Of a stretch of DNA of 64,000 nt, positions 16,189-25,581 are shown piece by piece. The position numbers were made by a program, and so were the translations under genes. The notes below the pieces were generated by a model. It made no database searches. It saw nothing but the letters and a program-made list of their open reading frames with translations, and had not been told where the DNA came from. This stretch comes from Candidatus Omnitrophota bacterium (GTDB lineage Bacteria; Omnitrophota; Gorgyraeia; JAGLLT01), in assembly GCA_030632085.1 (NCBI GenBank), contig DAOVJY010000002.1, positions 248,319 through 312,318 on the forward strand. The letters run 5' to 3'. Position 1 is the first letter of the stretch, and each line of letters starts with the position of its first letter.

Positions 16189-17316
16189 TTGAAATTTAAG
16201 GGTGCGGTAGTTGTTTTTATATTAACCCTTGCCGTAATTGGTGGGGGTTTTTGTTTTGCTGAGGATTTTTATTCGGCGCAGGTGCGCGATATATCCGATC
16301 GGGAATATGAGCAGGCTGTTATTGAGTTGATTGATAACGCCCAAGAGTCGATAGTTGTTGGGATGTACTATATCAGTACGCGGTTAAAGGCGAATAATCC
16401 GGTTAAGATGTTGTTGAATGATTTGGTTGAGGCCGAAGAGCGGGGCGTAGAGGTCAAAATATATTTAAATACAAAGTTTCCTGATGTGAGTTATGAAGAG
16501 CTTGTTGGTAGAGATGAATTTAAAAGGCTGCAGGATGCGGGGTGTGAGCTGTATTTTATTCCGCCGGGGCGTAAGCTGCACGATAAAGTTGTTGTTGTGG
16601 ATAGGCGTTATGTGGTTGAGGGGAGTATGAACTGGAGTATTGTAGCGCTCAAGAATAATTTTGAGTCGGTAACGCTGATTAATTCACCGGGGCTTGGTAA
16701 GGAGAAAATAGCAAGGTTAGAGAAGATTTATGAGATACAGAAGAAAAAGGAAGAGGATAAAGAAAGAGAACCTCTTTATATTGATAGTATCATTGAAAAA
16801 ATAGAGGTGAAAAAGGCTTTACTGGAGGATGAGAAGTATTTTCCGATGATGCTTAAGAGAAGTGACCGCAGGGCAATGGACCTGTATCTGATACTGCTTG
16901 CATATAGTAAGAAGTTGGATAAGATTGAGTTTTTCCTCAGATTAGAGGATGTTGGATTGGGACTGGGGTTGCCGGCGTCATGGGATGACGAAGCATTGAG
17001 GCGTCAGGTAATAAGGGCGTTGCGGACGCTGGAGAAAAAGTATAATCTTATAGAAGTTGAGTTTTATCATTCAAGTGACGCATATATAACCATTTTACCT
17101 ATTTTAGGAGAGAGTTTTGCGATAGAGACAAAGAGTATTGGCTCACGTGATAGAAAAATCCCTCAACGGGTTAAGTTTTTGCTCCTGATAAAGGCGCTTT
17201 TGGAGAAAGAGGGCAAGGACTTGGATTCGGTGCCGCAGAAAGAGATTATGCGGCGTTTTCATATCGCGGAGCGGACGCTGGAGAAAGCGATGAATTCACC
17301 AGAGGTGAATGGCTGA
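16189..17316 (+). CDS. Phospholipase D-family (single HKD) protein with signal peptide and C-terminal helical/HTH region
   Basis: LHDKVVVVD..GSMNWS...NFE; hydrophobic N-terminus. Confidence 0.8.
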   Translation: MKFKGAVVVFILTLAVIGGGFCFAEDFYSAQVRDISDREYEQAVIELIDNAQESIVVGMYYISTRLKANNPVKMLLNDLVEAEERGVEVKIYLNTKFPDVSYEELVGRDEFKRLQDAGCELYFIPPGRKLHDKVVVVDRRYVVEGSMNWSIVALKNNFESVTLINSPGLGKEKIARLEKIYEIQKKKEEDKEREPLYIDSIIEKIEVKKALLEDEKYFPMMLKRSDRRAMDLYLILLAYSKKLDKIEFFLRLEDVGLGLGLPASWDDEALRRQVIRALRTLEKKYNLIEVEFYHSSDAYITILPILGESFAIETKSIGSRDRKIPQRVKFLLLIKALLEKEGKDLDSVPQKEIMRRFHIAERTLEKAMNSPEVNG

Positions 17317-17535
17317 TGGCTGATGGCTAATAGCTTATGGCTAATAGCTAAGAGCAAAGGGCAAAAATAAAAAACTAAAAGCAGAAACAAAAAAAGAAAC
17401 AAAAAGCAAGTAGCTTTTAGCTGATGGCTCATAGTAAAAGCACAAAGCAAAAACAAAAAACAAACAAGTAACGATAACCAAAAAACAAAATATAAGAAGC
17501 AAGTTGCAAGATACAAGAGGCAAGCTGTAAGTGCG
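17311..17535 (+). repeat. Degenerate heptamer repeat patch with AAAC-rich linkers
   Basis: GGCTGAT GGCTGAT GGCTAAT AGCTTAT GGCTAAT AGCTAAG; CAAGTTG CAAGATA CAAGAGG CAAGCTG. Confidence 0.75.
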
Positions 17536-17538
17536 ATT

Positions 17539-17575
17539 AATTCAGTTGCTTTTGGAGTTAATTTTTGATATAAAT
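17539..17575 (+). promoter_or_regulatory. Repeated promoter module, copy 2
   Basis: AATTCAG TTGCTT-17bp-TATAAA T. Confidence 0.7.
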
Positions 17576-17657
17576 AAAGATAATTCCGACCTACTACGAG
17601 CCAATGAGTTTTTGTGGTATAATTTTTTTGAAACAGAAAAAGGAATAAGGGCAGGAT

Positions 17658-17903
17658 ATGATTAATAATAAACACAAAGACCCTCTTCATGGTATTACCC
17701 TTGAAATGATCCTTGTGTATCTGGTTGAAAAAATCGGCTGGGAAAATTTGGCTCGAAGAATCAGGATAAACTGTTTCGCAAAAGACCCCAGCATCAAGTC
17801 TAGTCTGACGTTTCTTAGGCGAACCTCTTGGGCTAGAAAAAAAGTTGAAGATTTGTATATAACTGAGATAGGCTCTGTGTCGAAAAAGGGTACGATTCAA
17901 TAA
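17658..17903 (+). CDS. VF530/DUF2132 family DNA-binding protein
   Basis: DPLHGITLE..GWENL..CFAKDPSIKSSLTFLRRTSWARKKVEDLY. Confidence 0.9.
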   Translation: MINNKHKDPLHGITLEMILVYLVEKIGWENLARRIRINCFAKDPSIKSSLTFLRRTSWARKKVEDLYITEIGSVSKKGTIQ

Positions 17904-18042
17904 TCTCTTTGCTTAAGTGATTACGCATGAGCTGTGAATGTTCTTAGAAGCGATTGGCAAAGGTAAGAGTGACAAGCTTGCCTGTTTGGCTGTTTTAAGG
18001 AGTGGTTATCAATGAATGAAATAAAGAAAAAAGGAGAAACTC

Positions 18043-18138
18043 ATGGCTAAAAGTCTTAATACTAAAAAAAATATAAAGAAGAAGGCAGGAAAAACAATGA
18101 AAGAAAAGCGGCTTGAGAAAAGAGCGAAAAAAAGATAA
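18043..18138 (+). CDS. 31-aa lysine-rich small protein
   Basis: RBS AAGGAG; MAKSLNTKKNIKKKAGKTMKEKRLEKRAKKR. Confidence 0.55.
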   Translation: MAKSLNTKKNIKKKAGKTMKEKRLEKRAKKR

Positions 18139-18174
18139 GAAAAATAACACTATTTATAAAAAAGGGGGAGTGTA

Positions 18175-18258
18175 ATGGGAGACAAGGGGCAGAAGGATAA
18201 GAACAAGGCGAGCAAACAGAAGAAATCAAAAAATGATAAAAAGGCAAAAAAGAAGTAG
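18175..18258 (+). CDS. 27-aa lysine-rich small protein
   Basis: RBS GGGGGAG; MGDKGQKDKNKASKQKKSKNDKKAKKK. Confidence 0.55.
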   Translation: MGDKGQKDKNKASKQKKSKNDKKAKKK

Positions 18259-18297
18259 GATAAGAGACAAAAAACAGGACTAGGGAAAATGTACTCT

Positions 18298-18332
18298 ACA
18301 GCCTCAAGATTTATCTTGAGGCTGTTTGTTTT
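18298..18332 (+). terminator. Rho-independent terminator
   Basis: Inverted repeat ACAGCCTCAAGAT/ATCTTGAGGCTGT followed by a T-rich tract. Confidence 0.75.
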
Positions 18333-18425
18333 AGATAGTTAATTAAAAAGCTTTTTTGACGGTTTTTATATCAATTTCTAAGACTTTGCCTATTTTGGCA
18401 TAAGACATGCCTAATAAGTGCAATT

Positions 18426-18462
18426 AATTTAGTTGCTTTTTGGCCTGATTTTTGGTATAAAT
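18426..18462 (+). promoter_or_regulatory. Repeated promoter module, copy 3
   Basis: AATTTAG TTGCTT-17bp-TATAAA T. Confidence 0.7.
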
Positions 18463-18691
18463 AAAACAGAGGCCACCTTGAATTCGTAAAACATGTACTC
18501 ATTAAAAAAAAGTAAAACATCCCTTGTTTAGTCAAACTTAAGTTCTAAATATTTACGCGAGCTTTACTTTTGTAAATGATGCTTTCTAAGAACAAAAAAA
18601 TAGTACTTTGAGTATATATCCTCCCTTGTTTTCCAAAGAAAACACGCAGGGGGGATTAATTCCCCCGCCTTGGCGGGGTTATTAAGGAGAG

Positions 18692-19696
18692 ATGAATATG
18701 GAATGGAAAGATGTTCGCGGACCGGATGATATTATTGAGATGGGCAGGAAGAAAGTTGGCGATGTTGGAAAGTTTTTTCCGCTGGCGATTGTTGCCGTTG
18801 CCCTGTTGATTTTGATTGGGGGTTCAATTTATTCTATCGGCCCGGATGAGGTGGGCGTGATACAAAGATTTGGCCGATATAGTCATACTACTTCGCCCGG
18901 CTTGCATGTGAAACTTCCCTTTGGGATTGATAAACTAACTCCGGTTAAAATACAGAGAGTATTTAAAGAGGAATTTGGAATGAGAACTCTGCGCGCCGGG
19001 ATAAAGACGCAATACTCTTCCCGCTCATTTCTTGATGAATCTTTAATGCTTACCGGAGACCTCAATATTCTGGATGTACGCTGGATTGTACAGTTTAAGG
19101 TTAAAGACGCGATTAAACTTCTTTTTGAAACCAGAGACCCGGTGGATAATGTGCGGGATATTTCTGAGGTGGTCATGCGCCGGCTGGTGGGTGATTATCG
19201 TGTAGATGAGGTGCTTACCATAAGAAGAGAAGAGATAAACGACCTCGCGCAGATTGAGATGCAGAAGATACTTGATAGTTATAAGACGGGGATTCAGATT
19301 GTTACCGTCAAACTTCAGGATGTAAATCCTCCCGATGAAGTAAAACCGGCTTTTAATGAGGTGAACGAAGCTAAGCAGGAAAAAGAGCGGATGATTAACC
19401 AGGCCTGGGAGGCTTATAATAAGGTTATCCCTCGCGCTCGAGGTGAGGCGGAAAAAACCATTCGCGAGGCCGAAGGATATCGATTGGATAAGGTAAACCG
19501 GGCCAAGGGCGAGGCCGAGAGATTCTTAGATACATGGGCAGAATATAAAAAGGCACCTGAAATAACTCAGAAGAGGTTATATCTGGAAACAATGGTGGAA
19601 GTTCTGCCAAGGGCAAAAGAGAAATATATTGTCGATTCCGAGCAGACTTCGATTCTGCCATTATTGAATCTTGGTCAGATAGGGGGGAACCAATAA
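18692..19696 (+). CDS. hflK: FtsH modulator HflK
   Basis: SPFH domain, MLTGDLNI, VNPPDEVKPAFNEV, RLYLETM. Confidence 0.93.
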   Translation: MNMEWKDVRGPDDIIEMGRKKVGDVGKFFPLAIVAVALLILIGGSIYSIGPDEVGVIQRFGRYSHTTSPGLHVKLPFGIDKLTPVKIQRVFKEEFGMRTLRAGIKTQYSSRSFLDESLMLTGDLNILDVRWIVQFKVKDAIKLLFETRDPVDNVRDISEVVMRRLVGDYRVDEVLTIRREEINDLAQIEMQKILDSYKTGIQIVTVKLQDVNPPDEVKPAFNEVNEAKQEKERMINQAWEAYNKVIPRARGEAEKTIREAEGYRLDKVNRAKGEAERFLDTWAEYKKAPEITQKRLYLETMVEVLPRAKEKYIVDSEQTSILPLLNLGQIGGNQ

Positions 19697-20661
19697 TGAA
19701 GCTAATTTTAAGAATATCAGGGATTTTAGTAATTTTGGTAATACTTCTATTTTTAAGTGGTGCGGTGTATGTAGTTCGTGAGACCCAACAGGTGATAATT
19801 ACCCAGTTTGGCAAGCCTGTAGGGAAGCCGATTACCACTGCCGGGTTGCATTTCAAAAAGCCGCTTATACAGCAAATCCAGTATTTTGAGAAAAGGCTTC
19901 TGGACTGGGATGGTGACCCCAATCAAATTCCTACAAGAGATAAAAGGTATATATGGATTGACATTACCGCCCGCTGGCGAATTAGTGATGCTTTAAAGTT
20001 TTTGCAATCGGTGGGGACAGAAACTAGCGCGCACGCCAGGCTTGATGATATTATCAATTCCGCCACGCGTGATGCCGTTACTAATCAGCTCTTGGTTGAG
20101 GCGATAAGGAATACTAATCGCATTCTTGAGACTAAAGAGAAAGAAGATGAGGCCGTTGTAGTTACTAAAGAGGCGTTGGAGAAAATCAAAGTAGGACGCC
20201 AGGCTCTGGAGGGGAAAATTCTGGAAAGGGCTAAAATCCTTGCTCCTCAATACGGCATCGAATTGGTGGATGTGCGCATCAAGCGCATCAATTATGTGGA
20301 AGCGGTGAGAAAAAAGGTCTATGAGCGGATGATTGCCGAGAGAAAGCGGGCTGCCGAGCAATATCGTTCTGAGGGCCAAGGGAAACAGGCTGAGATTGAA
20401 GGCCAGATGGGTAAAGAATTAAAACAGATTACATCCCAGGCCTACCGCAAAGCTCAAGGTATCAGAGGAAAGGCGGATGCCGAGACAACCAAGATTTATG
20501 CTGACGCGTATAATAAGGATCCTTATTTTTATTCTTTCTTAAAAACATTAGAGACATACCGAAAGACGATTGATGAAAAGTCTACTATAATCTTAACAAC
20601 TGATAGTGATTACTATCGATATTTGAAAGGCCTTAAGTTTGAGTCAGGAGATAATAACTAA
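19696..20661 (+). CDS. hflC: FtsH modulator HflC
   Basis: ITQFGKP, DVRIKRI, VYERMIAER, FYSFLKTLETY. Confidence 0.93.
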   Translation: MKLILRISGILVILVILLFLSGAVYVVRETQQVIITQFGKPVGKPITTAGLHFKKPLIQQIQYFEKRLLDWDGDPNQIPTRDKRYIWIDITARWRISDALKFLQSVGTETSAHARLDDIINSATRDAVTNQLLVEAIRNTNRILETKEKEDEAVVVTKEALEKIKVGRQALEGKILERAKILAPQYGIELVDVRIKRINYVEAVRKKVYERMIAERKRAAEQYRSEGQGKQAEIEGQMGKELKQITSQAYRKAQGIRGKADAETTKIYADAYNKDPYFYSFLKTLETYRKTIDEKSTIILTTDSDYYRYLKGLKFESGDNN

Positions 20662-20683
20662 GAGACAAGTATAAAGTCATACC

Positions 20684-20805
20684 CTGGTGGGCACAGGTAA
20701 GTCACAAGACACAAGAAATAAGTCATAAGTCACAAAAAAACAAAAGGCTAAGAGTAAAGGGCTAAGGGCAAAAAAGCATAGAGCTTACAGCTATCAGTTG
20801 TTAGC
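20684..20805 (+). repeat. Degenerate heptamer repeat patch
   Basis: GTCACAA GACACAA, GTCATAA GTCACAA, GGCTAAG AGTAAAG GGCTAAG GGCAAAA. Confidence 0.7.
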
Positions 20806-20842
20806 AATTTATTTGCTTTTTGGGCTGATTTCTGGTATAAAT
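20806..20842 (+). promoter_or_regulatory. Repeated promoter module, copy 4
   Basis: AATTTAT TTGCTT-17bp-TATAAA T. Confidence 0.7.
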
Positions 20843-20994
20843 GAAGGTGATAAGATTCCCGCTTGTTTTTTCGTGAAAACACGCAAGGGGATTGAGGAAG
20901 TTAATAGACTCCTCGCTTAAGCAAAGGTAAATTCTCTTCGACAATTTGCCTTTAAGCTTCGGAATTAATTCTCCACCTAAGGCGGATCATTAAG

Positions 20995-21903
20995 ATGAGA
21001 AAAATCGTTTTAGCAGTAACAATATTATTTATTTTTAGTTTTATCGCACCTTTTATATTTTGCGATATAGTGTATTTTGATGGGAAAAAAATTGAGGGTG
21101 AAATAGTAGAAGAAACAGAGTCAACTATTGTTATAAAAACAACTATTGGCAAAGTTACTCTTGATAAAGAAAAAGTTAAAGAGATTAAAAGAACAAGACC
21201 TGAGGAAAATTTTTTCAAAAAAGGAAATTACTACTTTGAACAAAATAAATATGACGCGGCGATAGATTATTACAATAGAGCTCTTGAAGTCAATCCAGAT
21301 TATACTAAAGCCAAAGAAGCGCTGAATAGGGCGAGGAGAATTATAGAAAAAGAAGAATTGGGTAAATTGCTTGAAGTCAGGCGCATAAAAGAGAAAAGAG
21401 AGAAAGCAAAGGAGAAATTAGAAAAGAAGAGAGGCTTGGTCATTGACGAAATAGACGGTGAATTTAAAGTTGTTCATGTAATGAAAAATTCCGCCTCTTA
21501 TAAGGCTCAACTCAAAGACTGTGACCACATTATAATCATTGGCGATTTTCATACTAAGGATATGAGTTTTGAGAAAGCGCATGAGTTGCTTGTGGAGAAG
21601 AGCCCATTATTTTTAACTATAGAGCGCGAAGTTAACTTAGTAAGAAAAAGATTTACGTATAAAAAAAGAAGTATTGTTGGTGTCGGCATTTTTGTAGTTA
21701 AAGATAAACAGGATTTGGTCATTAGGGGTGTTTTAAAAAATTCTCCAGCTGATGAAACCGGTTTAAAAGCTGAAGATATAATTTTAAATATAGATAGTAG
21801 AGATTGCAAGAGCTTGAGTTTAGATGAATGTGAAGCTCTTATTTCTGATGGTGAATTAACTACAGTGAATATTCTTATAAAGAGAGTTGTTACGGTAAAG
21901 TAA
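20995..21903 (+). CDS. Exported TPR and tandem PDZ domain protein
   Basis: Signal peptide, TPR (YDAAIDYYNRALEVNPDY), two PDZ-like segments (NSPADETGLKAEDII). Confidence 0.75.
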   Translation: MRKIVLAVTILFIFSFIAPFIFCDIVYFDGKKIEGEIVEETESTIVIKTTIGKVTLDKEKVKEIKRTRPEENFFKKGNYYFEQNKYDAAIDYYNRALEVNPDYTKAKEALNRARRIIEKEELGKLLEVRRIKEKREKAKEKLEKKRGLVIDEIDGEFKVVHVMKNSASYKAQLKDCDHIIIIGDFHTKDMSFEKAHELLVEKSPLFLTIEREVNLVRKRFTYKKRSIVGVGIFVVKDKQDLVIRGVLKNSPADETGLKAEDIILNIDSRDCKSLSLDECEALISDGELTTVNILIKRVVTVK

Positions 21904-22494
21904 ATGAATAAAATTATATTAATTTTTATCATTTTTGTTTTCTTATTTTGTATGAGTCAGAACCTTTTGGCTGATTATTTATCTGTTGATACCTTTGATG
22001 ATCAAGTAAGACCAAATAATTTAGGTGGTGATTATGGTCCCTGGGTATTAAGTTGGGATGATTCACCTCAGAGCTGTACCATAGAACATGATGTAACTGA
22101 AAAGATTGACAATCGGGGCGCGTCGTTAAAAGTAAAGTATGATGTTGATTCAAAACGGAAAGCTGCCTGCGGATTCTTTGCTTTTTTGGAAGACGCGGAT
22201 TTACGGAAATTCGATAAGCTCATTTTTTATATTAAAGGTGATATTAAAGAAGGTTATACTCAGAACATTATGGTTGAAATTTCAACTTCAAATAATGTAA
22301 GTAGAGTACGTGTCGCGGGTATAACTGATAAATGGCAGAAAATAGCTATTCCCTTTTCTGACTTTAGAGAAATATCTGATTGGTCAAGGGTAAACAAGTT
22401 CGCCGTGGTTATAGAAGATAGCTTTGTTAGTAAAAAGACAGGTGTTCTTTATTTTGATGATATTTACTTTTCTGATGAAGAAAGAGTTATGTAG
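21904..22494 (+). CDS. Exported carbohydrate-binding (CBM11/CIA30-like) protein
   Basis: Signal peptide; NNLGG, FYIKG, WQKIAIPFSDF, GVLYFDDIYF. Confidence 0.7.
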   Translation: MNKIILIFIIFVFLFCMSQNLLADYLSVDTFDDQVRPNNLGGDYGPWVLSWDDSPQSCTIEHDVTEKIDNRGASLKVKYDVDSKRKAACGFFAFLEDADLRKFDKLIFYIKGDIKEGYTQNIMVEISTSNNVSRVRVAGITDKWQKIAIPFSDFREISDWSRVNKFAVVIEDSFVSKKTGVLYFDDIYFSDEERVM

Positions 22495-22578
22495 AACTTG
22501 CATGTTATCTTTTTCTACTTTTTTCTTGTCTCTATTTACGCAATTCTTCAATATTTCCCCATAGGTAAAAAATATTAA

Positions 22579-23619
22579 ATGATGAAAAAGATATCCAAAG
22601 AATACGAAATTGGTGATAGAGCCATAGACAGCTTAATAAATAAGCTTGCCAAGATGTCCGGTTCCGTTGAAACTGAACGCCTGTTGCGTGAAATACTTAC
22701 GACCACCGTCAAATTAGGGCGGGAGTCAGGCGATAAGGGAGACCTCAAGCTCGCAAATAATACGCTGAAAGAGTTAAGATATTCTTTTAAGATATTTTCT
22801 CCTTATAGAGCTGTCAAAAAGGTTATAATCTTTGGGTCGGCGAGATCGAAAAAAACATCAGCTGAATATAAGTTAGCTGAAGAATTCGCGCGGAAGCTAA
22901 CAGCAAAAGGTTACATGATTGTAACCGGAGGCGGTCCCGGGGTGATGGAGGCCGGTAATAAAGGCGCCAAAATCGGCACAGAGTTCGCGTTGAATATTCG
23001 GCTTCCTTTTGAACAAAAACCCAACCCATATATAGATGAAAAAGATAAAATAATTAACTTTAAATATTTTTTTACCAGAAAGTTAATTTTTATTAAAGAG
23101 ACTGATGCGACTGCTCTTTTTCCCGGAGGATTTGGCACAAATGACGAAGGATTTGAAATGCTCACCTTAATCCAAACCGGCAAATCTAAACCCAGGCCTA
23201 TAGTTTTGATGGAGCCGAAAGGTTCGACATACTGGAAGGCGTGGAAACATTTTATAAATAACCAGTTGGTTAAAAATGGATTTATTCAAAAGGAAGATTT
23301 TAATCTTTTTCGTATAGTAAAAACTGTTGATGAGGCAATTAAATATATAGAAGATTTTTATAAAGTATATCATTCGATAAGATATGTCGCGGGTTTGACC
23401 GTATTAAGACTAAATAGAAAAATTTCCGGAAAGACACTAAAGTTTATAAATCAAAAATTTAAAAACATTTTAACAAGTGGTGAAATTGAGGCTTCCGCTC
23501 CAACGAATGAAGAAATTCAAAATGGAGAATATCTCAATCTGCCTCGGTTAACAATGAACTTCAATCTGCGTGATTATGGCAGGTTGTATAAGATGATCCA
23601 GGTTATCAATAGAGATTAG
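22579..23619 (+). CDS. LOG family nucleotide phosphoribohydrolase (TIGR00730-like)
   Basis: FGSAR, TGGGPGVMEAGN, YFFTRK, PGGFGTNDE. Confidence 0.9.
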   Translation: MMKKISKEYEIGDRAIDSLINKLAKMSGSVETERLLREILTTTVKLGRESGDKGDLKLANNTLKELRYSFKIFSPYRAVKKVIIFGSARSKKTSAEYKLAEEFARKLTAKGYMIVTGGGPGVMEAGNKGAKIGTEFALNIRLPFEQKPNPYIDEKDKIINFKYFFTRKLIFIKETDATALFPGGFGTNDEGFEMLTLIQTGKSKPRPIVLMEPKGSTYWKAWKHFINNQLVKNGFIQKEDFNLFRIVKTVDEAIKYIEDFYKVYHSIRYVAGLTVLRLNRKISGKTLKFINQKFKNILTSGEIEASAPTNEEIQNGEYLNLPRLTMNFNLRDYGRLYKMIQVINRD

Positions 23620-23661
23620 ATCATAAAGGGTAAACTGTCTTCATTAAAAGGTAATAAATAT

Positions 23662-24294
23662 ATGGGTTTACTTCAGCTTTTATTTACAGATCCGATAGTG
23701 TTTTTTATGTTAGTGCCGCTGCTTCTTTATTCAGTCATCATTCATGAAATCGCGCATGGCTGGGTTGCTTCGTTGTTTGGTGATAATACGGCGAAGCACT
23801 ACGGCAGGTTGTCTTTTAATCCAATTCCTCATATTGATCCAATAGGCGCGCTGGCTCTTCTTTTTGTGGGGTTTGGGTGGGCAAAGCCGGTTCCTGTTGA
23901 TTATAGAAATCTGAGTAGTTCGCGCTGGGCTGTTACTGCTGTTTCTTTGGCGGGGGTTGGGGCGAATATACTTATTGCTACGCTGGCAATATTTTTGCTT
24001 CAGTTTCGAGCTATTTACGCGAACCCTTTTCTTTATCTCGCGCTTTCAATTACCGCGGAAATAAATATTATATTGGGATCATTTAACTTGATACCCATTC
24101 CCCCTTTGGATGGCTCGCGGGTGTTGATGGAGTTTTTGCCTTATGATGCCAAATATCAGCTCGCGAGGCTTGAACCGTATGGTTTTTTTATAATTGTCGG
24201 TTTGCTTATTTTGGGAATTTTAGACCCGGTGATTGCCTTTATTAGAAGCATTATCCTTGGGTCAATTGGAATATTGTTGAGTTTTATGGGATAA
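23662..24294 (+). CDS. Site-2 protease (M50) family
   Basis: HEIAH, GWAKPVP, FNLIPIPPLDG. Confidence 0.92.
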   Translation: MGLLQLLFTDPIVFFMLVPLLLYSVIIHEIAHGWVASLFGDNTAKHYGRLSFNPIPHIDPIGALALLFVGFGWAKPVPVDYRNLSSSRWAVTAVSLAGVGANILIATLAIFLLQFRAIYANPFLYLALSITAEINIILGSFNLIPIPPLDGSRVLMEFLPYDAKYQLARLEPYGFFIIVGLLILGILDPVIAFIRSIILGSIGILLSFMG

Positions 24295-24465
24295 GAAACA
24301 AATAAGACACAAGACAAATAGCGTATAGCGTAGAGCAGATAGGAAAAACAAAAAAACAAAAAACACAAACAACAGACATTAGACTATAGACCTTCAATAG
24401 CGTAGAGCGCATAGCGTGTAAAACAAAAACAAGAACAAAATCATAAGTCACAAGCTGCAGGTAAT
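24291..24465 (+). repeat. Degenerate heptamer repeat patch
   Basis: TAGCGTA TAGCGTA GAGCAGA; AGACATT AGACTAT AGACCTT; TCATAAG TCACAAG; AAAC-rich linkers. Confidence 0.7.
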
Positions 24466-24529
24466 TAAGCAAAAAAACTTAATCCTTAGAGCGAACGCAG
24501 TGAGCGTCTTAATTCTTAGAGTGAATGAA

Positions 24530-25351
24530 ATGAGCGTCTTAATGAAGATATTGCTTATAGTTGTTATTGCTCTTATCCTTTTTAGAATATATTTTATTTT
24601 TTTGGAGCAGCAAAGTCTATATTATCCAGCCATGGAAGTTTTAGAGACACCGGCTGATATAGGTATTGGATATGAAGAGGTGAGTTTTAAAACAGTTGAC
24701 GGGGAAAATCTTAACGGCTGGTATATGCCGGTGAAAGATGCCCGAACTACGGTGCTCTATTGTCATGGTAACGCCGGAAATATATGTCATCGCCTGCATA
24801 AGGTGAAATTTTTTAATGAAATGGGAGTGAATTTTTTTATTTTTGACTATCGCGGTTATGGTAAAAGCAGCGGCAGGCCGGGAGAAAAAGGTTTGTATAG
24901 TGACGCGATTGCCGCTTGCGATTATTTAATGTCAAGGGATGATGTTGATAAATCTAAAATTGTTATGTATGGTAAATCATTAGGAGGGCCGGTTGCCGCT
25001 GAAGTTTGCCTGAGAAGAAAAATAAGCGCATTGATACTGGAGAGTAGTTTTGCTTCAGTTCTCATACGGGCACAGCAGCTTTACCCGTTTTTGCCTATGA
25101 AGTTTTTGATTACACAAAAATACGACGCGCTGAATAAGATAAAAGATATTGATATTCCAAAATTGATTGTTCACGGCAGAAATGACGAAATTATTAGTTT
25201 TAGCCACGGACAAATTCTTTTTGATGCTGCCGCGGAACCTAAGCAATTTTTGCCTTTTGAAGGCGGGCATAATGATGAAGTTTATGTAACGTCACCTGAA
25301 TATAAAGAGAAACTTAAAAAATTTCTGCTACAAGTAATAACCAAACAATAA
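24530..25351 (+). CDS. Alpha/beta hydrolase (ABHD/Bem46-like)
   Basis: HGNAGN, DYRGYG, GKSLGG, HGRND, GHND; ORF track start 24500 lies in a duplicated segment. Confidence 0.9.
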   Translation: MSVLMKILLIVVIALILFRIYFIFLEQQSLYYPAMEVLETPADIGIGYEEVSFKTVDGENLNGWYMPVKDARTTVLYCHGNAGNICHRLHKVKFFNEMGVNFFIFDYRGYGKSSGRPGEKGLYSDAIAACDYLMSRDDVDKSKIVMYGKSLGGPVAAEVCLRRKISALILESSFASVLIRAQQLYPFLPMKFLITQKYDALNKIKDIDIPKLIVHGRNDEIISFSHGQILFDAAAEPKQFLPFEGGHNDEVYVTSPEYKEKLKKFLLQVITKQ

Positions 25352-25535
25352 CCAAATCAAAACAAAACGAGGATAGCAGTTTGGTAATTGGATATTGGAA
25401 TTTGACCCTTCAATATATTCTGGGTCAATCCTGAGTACTTCGATAGTACTTAATATAAAATAAGTCGAAGGATTGAATATTGTTTGCCTGTGCCCTGCAA
25501 GGGTATATCTTGTATCTTGGTTATTGGTTATTTAA
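25327..25535. repeat. Short-unit repeat patch with REP-like palindrome
   Basis: TAACCAA units, TTGGTAATTGGATATTGGAA, TATCTTG TATCTTG GTTATTG GTTATTT; TCAATCCTGAG...CGAAGGATTGA. Confidence 0.55.
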
Positions 25536-25581
25536 AGTTAGATATTTTTAACAGAATGGGGAAATTGGAGGAGCAGTTGAT

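Noticed and set aside
1-17316. Classical integron cassette array
   Set aside because: No integron integrase in the window and no RYYYAAC...GTTRRRY attC hairpins seen at boundaries; an integrase outside the window cannot be excluded
17259-17900. 213-aa minus-strand hydrophobic ORF (also 17341-17523, 24156-24472, 18062-18247)
   Set aside because: Translations of low-complexity heptamer or A-rich repeats, antisense to better supported features
22495-22565. Possible fragment of an O-antigen ligase-like gene (FLVSIYAILQYF)
   Set aside because: Too short to support by eye
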